DNA of 60,110 nucleotides, the filler included, from Sphacelaria rigidula (Eukaryota): the NCBI GenBank assembly GCA_964200075.2. It is 4 parts of 4 records of this genome, joined end to end, with 100 filler letters (N's around TTAATTAATTAA, not from the genome) between each part and the next. Parts side by side here need not be neighbours in the genome. Positions count along the whole stretch, not along the records: positions 45,165 to 60,110 come from CAXNAA020001979.1; 3 more parts are not named here. One strand, given 5' to 3'. Each line of letters begins with the position of its first letter. The first letter of the stretch is position 1. The notes beneath the pieces are model-generated. The model saw only the letters and a program-made list of their open reading frames with translations. It ran no database searches and was not told where the DNA came from. Below, in pieces: positions 56,400 through 60,110 of this stretch. Both the position numbers and the translations under genes were made by a program.

Positions 56400-59300
56400 C
56401 GCAAGCAGGGTCAAGGTAGGAACGTTCCGGAAGGACCAGATTACCGAGGACCCTGTAATGCCGACGTAGCTAGACAACTTGGGGTGATGCCAGGAAGAGC
56501 CTAATATAGGACGGTCCAACATCCCCCAAGGTCTGGGTCGCCCCTGGCGCCCACTTCTCGTCTGACCCCACTTCTTTCCTACATATATACAAGAGGAAAT
56601 CATCACCAGCCTCGGAGTTCCTTCGGCATCAGGACGGCAGTGTCCCCCCGTAGGTCTATGACTACTCTAGCGATACGCCTTCCTTACACTGGCGACACCA
56701 GAACAGAACTCAAACAAGACAGGCCTTAGAAGTAGAAAATTGGAACGAGAACCGACTGCTCCCCGACACCGGAAATACTAGGGTCCCCGAAGGAACGCTA
56801 CTCCAGGTGAAACGTATAGGCCATGTGCTTAATTATTCGAGTTGGGAGGTTATTGGAGTCGTGTGTTTGAATCAACGCGAACTTAGCCCCCTCAATGTGC
56901 ATTTATATGTCATCCGCATGACTAATCAAAGAGCGAGACGCGAGTTTAGACTCCTCAGGGCGCAGTATATGTCACCTGTACAGCTAGTCAAACAGCGAAA
57001 ACGCGAAATTAGTTTCTTCAGTGGGCATTATATGTCACCAGAATGGCTGATTGAACAGCGAATCCAGAATCAACCAACCTTCCACCACCATCGCGCGAAA
57101 GGCACGGCAATTAACCAAGCAGACCGACCTCTGGAAACGGTGACTCGAAATAGCATCAACAAATAAGTTACCCAACCTGCGAATGCACGACCTTGTCATT
57201 CCCTACCATGTAGCGAGCGAAAGAAAGAGGTGTATCGGATGATCTTACAGCATCCCAGTCCACAGGCTAAAGAAGTGAAAAGTACAGACCGTTCAAGGTC
57301 CCACACCTCACCACGCATGAAATGGAGAAATAGCATTGTTTTCGTGAGATTGAGAGTAGAGGATACGATTGAGAGTGAAACGCGGTCAATTCGTGAATGA
57401 ACCGTTTTAGTTCCGAAATGCCCTTTCACGAGGCTCGACATTCTTTCTGTAGTATAGCATGCCACTGAGGTCCTTGATATCCCTGAGTGAGATATACATG
57501 TGTAGCTGTAAGCACACGGCAGTGATAGAGGCAAAGAAAAGTACACACGAGTTGAAAAAATAGCCAAGTTTGAGCGAATTATCAAAGCCATTCTCAATCC
57601 GCGCTGTACTCTCAATCTCACGAAAACGTTGTTAAATGTGTCAACAGTCTGGTGAAGAAAACATATCAGAGGAATGCGGGTTTCTCGGTCAGTACAATAA
57701 CTCACTCCTCCAGAAGGGCACCAAAACAGCCCTCAGTTGTGGTGTGAAAGTACATACTAAGAGCAGAAGCTGGAAATAGCACGATGAAAGTTGGTTCCTA
57801 AGCAGCCTTGAGAGCAGCTGAGGGAAAAACAATACACCACACGAAGGGCCATCATCAAACATGTAGCTCAACTTGTTGAGGCTCTCAAGTATGTCACATT
57901 CTGCGCCGTACCCCAATGGATCGGTAACGTTACATCCCGTTGTAAGCAGGGGCTGTTGATTCCAAATCGAAACACCAGTCTTCTTTTTTTTCAACCCGAT
58001 CTTAGACGATCACTGTTGTGACTCATGCAATGCATCACCGCTCGCCGGGTATATAGATTCGCCCCTATAATAGCGCTATCCTGTGCATCAGCCGCGTTAG
58101 AGTCGCAGACAGATTAAACGGTACCCTCGCTGAAAGAAATCACAATCAGTTCCGCAGCAGATGTACCGTGCATCAGCAAAAGTTCATAGATGAACATCAG
58201 ACCATCATGGCAGCTGATGATATAAAACCAGTACCGCCAAGACGCATCGACCTCAGAAGCGCGGACGCGGTCCCCCCATGAAAAATCCTGGGGTTCATTC
58301 ATTTCGAGCTTACGTTGGGATAAAAACCCTGCCAACAGAAACGTTGGTATTACCTCATCTGGGACCGGGTTGTCGACTACTAGACAACTCCATGGTGAGT
58401 ACTTTCAAAGCTATACTCTATACTCGACTGGCAGACGGAATGACGAACATTCTGTTATTCCCGTATAAAAATCAAAGCATCGCATCGAAAACAACAAGGC
58501 TCACAAAATACAACACACCAAAACAACATACTGTTTTATAGTCGGTGTGAAAGATTCTAGCCCTGTTCGAGTTCCTCACAACAAATGCAGTGTGCCTCAT
58601 CAAAGTGAAATGGCAGTACTAGTTGGAACGGGAAATACCCCGTGAACAACAACAGCAGCTGTCGTGGAGCCACGCATAATAACAGAAGAAGACACTTGAT
58701 CGTCTGATGTACCTCAAGCACTCACGCGCATCATTGCTTCAAGAACAGCAGGCACGTAGTCGACGAATAGAACGGAATGATACAAATCGCCAACCGGTCG
58801 AGTCCACATGTAAGCCATGGGAAAACTTTATGGTAATGATGAGAGATAAGAACGGACAAACTTCATGTTATTCTGGACATGCGCACGCTATGTCAGGGTT
58901 GCCAACGCCGGGAAAACGGTCCACAACCGGCCGAATTTTGCCGATGGGACACGTTACGGTAGGACGGCTATACGAAAGAGCGCCGGAAAACCCAGTCGGA
59001 TGAAAAACAACTTCGATGTCAAAAGCTGGGGTACTAAATATGTGCTGTCAGGATTGGACCACCTCGCAAGATATGCTGTGCTCATTCCGGTGCCGAAAAA
59101 ACAGACCACATCAATAAAGCCAAAACTATAATTGACAAAATCTTTACTGCATTTGGCATCCCGGGATAAAACCTGTCCCGGTGTTCAAACACAGTCAAAA
59201 GGTACTCTTGTACCCACCATACCAGAACTCAGGAAGGCCGAAACCGAAACTCCAATTTACATGTAGAGGACCTTTCATGGTAACCGAGAGATGATCGCCG

Positions 59301-59450
59301 GTTGTGTACATAATCAAAATAGGCGACGACTCTAAAGAAAGGTCGGTACATCTCGCTCATTTGAAGAAATATCAACCGCGAAAAACAGCGCCGGCACCGG
59401 ACTTTGGCAAAGGGTTAGCTGAATGCCCACATCCGGACTTGGAATCCACA
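56400..59450 (+). mobile_element. Heavily decayed Ty3/Gypsy LTR retrotransposon (RT/RNase H, integrase and GPY/F-module remnants)
   Basis: Frame-shifted remnants in Gypsy order. RNase-H-linker-like TLPTETLVLPH (~58330). Integrase Zn-finger-like CARYVR..CQRR and PMGHVTVGRLYE (~58880-58980). Core KYVLSGLDHLARYAVLIPVPKK (~59035). Then KLQFTCRGPFMV..SPVVYII..SVHLAHLKKY (~59250-59375). No LTRs identified. Confidence 0.65.
57328..57638. mobile_element. ~310-bp MITE inserted in the decayed Gypsy element
   Basis: TIRs GTTTTCGTGAGATTGAGAGTA / TACTCTCAATCTCACGAAAAC. Confidence 0.8.
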
Positions 59451-59464
59451 ACTACAAGGAAACA

Positions 59465-59815
59465 GAAACGGATGTGACTGTTTAACAGACTGTTTGAACG
59501 TCCTAGCAAAACGCTCAAAGGCAGTAATCTGAGATCAAAATTCGGAGATCAATGAGACTCAGAAGCTACAACTCAACAGTTGACTTAAGGTATCGAGCTG
59601 ACGAAACAACACAAGGTAGACACCTCCTCGACATATACCGTCATGACGACGGGTTAGCAAAGCGCTCACATCCGGAGTCGAAACCAAAAAAACAAAATAC
59701 CGGGTAACGGAAACGGACGTGACTGTTCAACAGACTGTTCGAGCGTACTAGCAACACGCTCAAGGGTTGAGCAGTCGCCCGGGGTCACAATTCGGAGATC
59801 AAGGAGAGTCACAAG
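59465..59815 (+). repeat. ~100-bp direct repeat pair downstream of the Gypsy integrase
   Basis: GAAACGGA(T/C)GTGACTGTT(T/C)AACAGACTGTT(T/C)GA..CTAGCAA.ACGCTCAA..AATTCGGAGATCAA at 59465 and 59710. Confidence 0.8.
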
Positions 59816-60110
59816 AGAAGGAAACGAAAAAAGAAAACGTTAGAACAATGCAGACATGAACGGAAACATATCGGACATGTCAACGGTGACCGGAGTGCAA
59901 CTTCCCAAGGAAGATAGCCTCTCAGCAATAGGGGTAGCGTGTTAGAAAAGTGTCGCGATGAACCCTTTGACGTGATCGCCAGAGTTGGCGCAATGGCACT
60001 TAAGCCAAGCAAGCAGACAAGCTGCTTTGGAGTGTAGACAGAAGAGGATGTTCAAGGTGCCTCTCGCGGGCAAGACAGCCCAAACAACCCACCGTGTTGA
60101 ACGGAGATCG

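Overview
Eukaryotic, intron- and repeat-rich DNA. Exon style, microsatellite-rich introns and repeat types suggest a brown alga or other stramenopile (inference). The window is not contiguous. It is four scaffolds (1-14961, 15062-30013, 30114-45064, 45165-60110; 14961/14952/14951/14946 bp, size-sorted) joined by identical 100-nt N44-TTAATTAATTAA-N44 linkers. Genes rebuilt by hand from splice signals and codon phase: (1) an alpha/beta-hydrolase exon; (2) a complete 4-exon hypothetical gene with a GC-AG first intron, head-to-head with (3) a signal-peptide gene; (4) part of a large low-complexity gene with a UBA-like segment; (5) part of a giant HERC/HECT-ligase-like scaffold protein with LamG, SH3-like and CUB-like modules; (6) an IQ/SAM-like/poly-Asn gene. 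The rest is dense with mobile DNA: several MITE/foldback families, a TIR element made of arrayed mini-palindromes with nested inserts, a tRNA-headed SINE, LINE 3' stubs and a decayed Ty3/Gypsy element. I found no CRISPR, rRNA or intact tRNA. I cannot claim a clearly novel system. The best leads are the palindrome-array element, long intronic hairpins, the recurrent ultra-short LINE-end stubs and the nested-domain protein.
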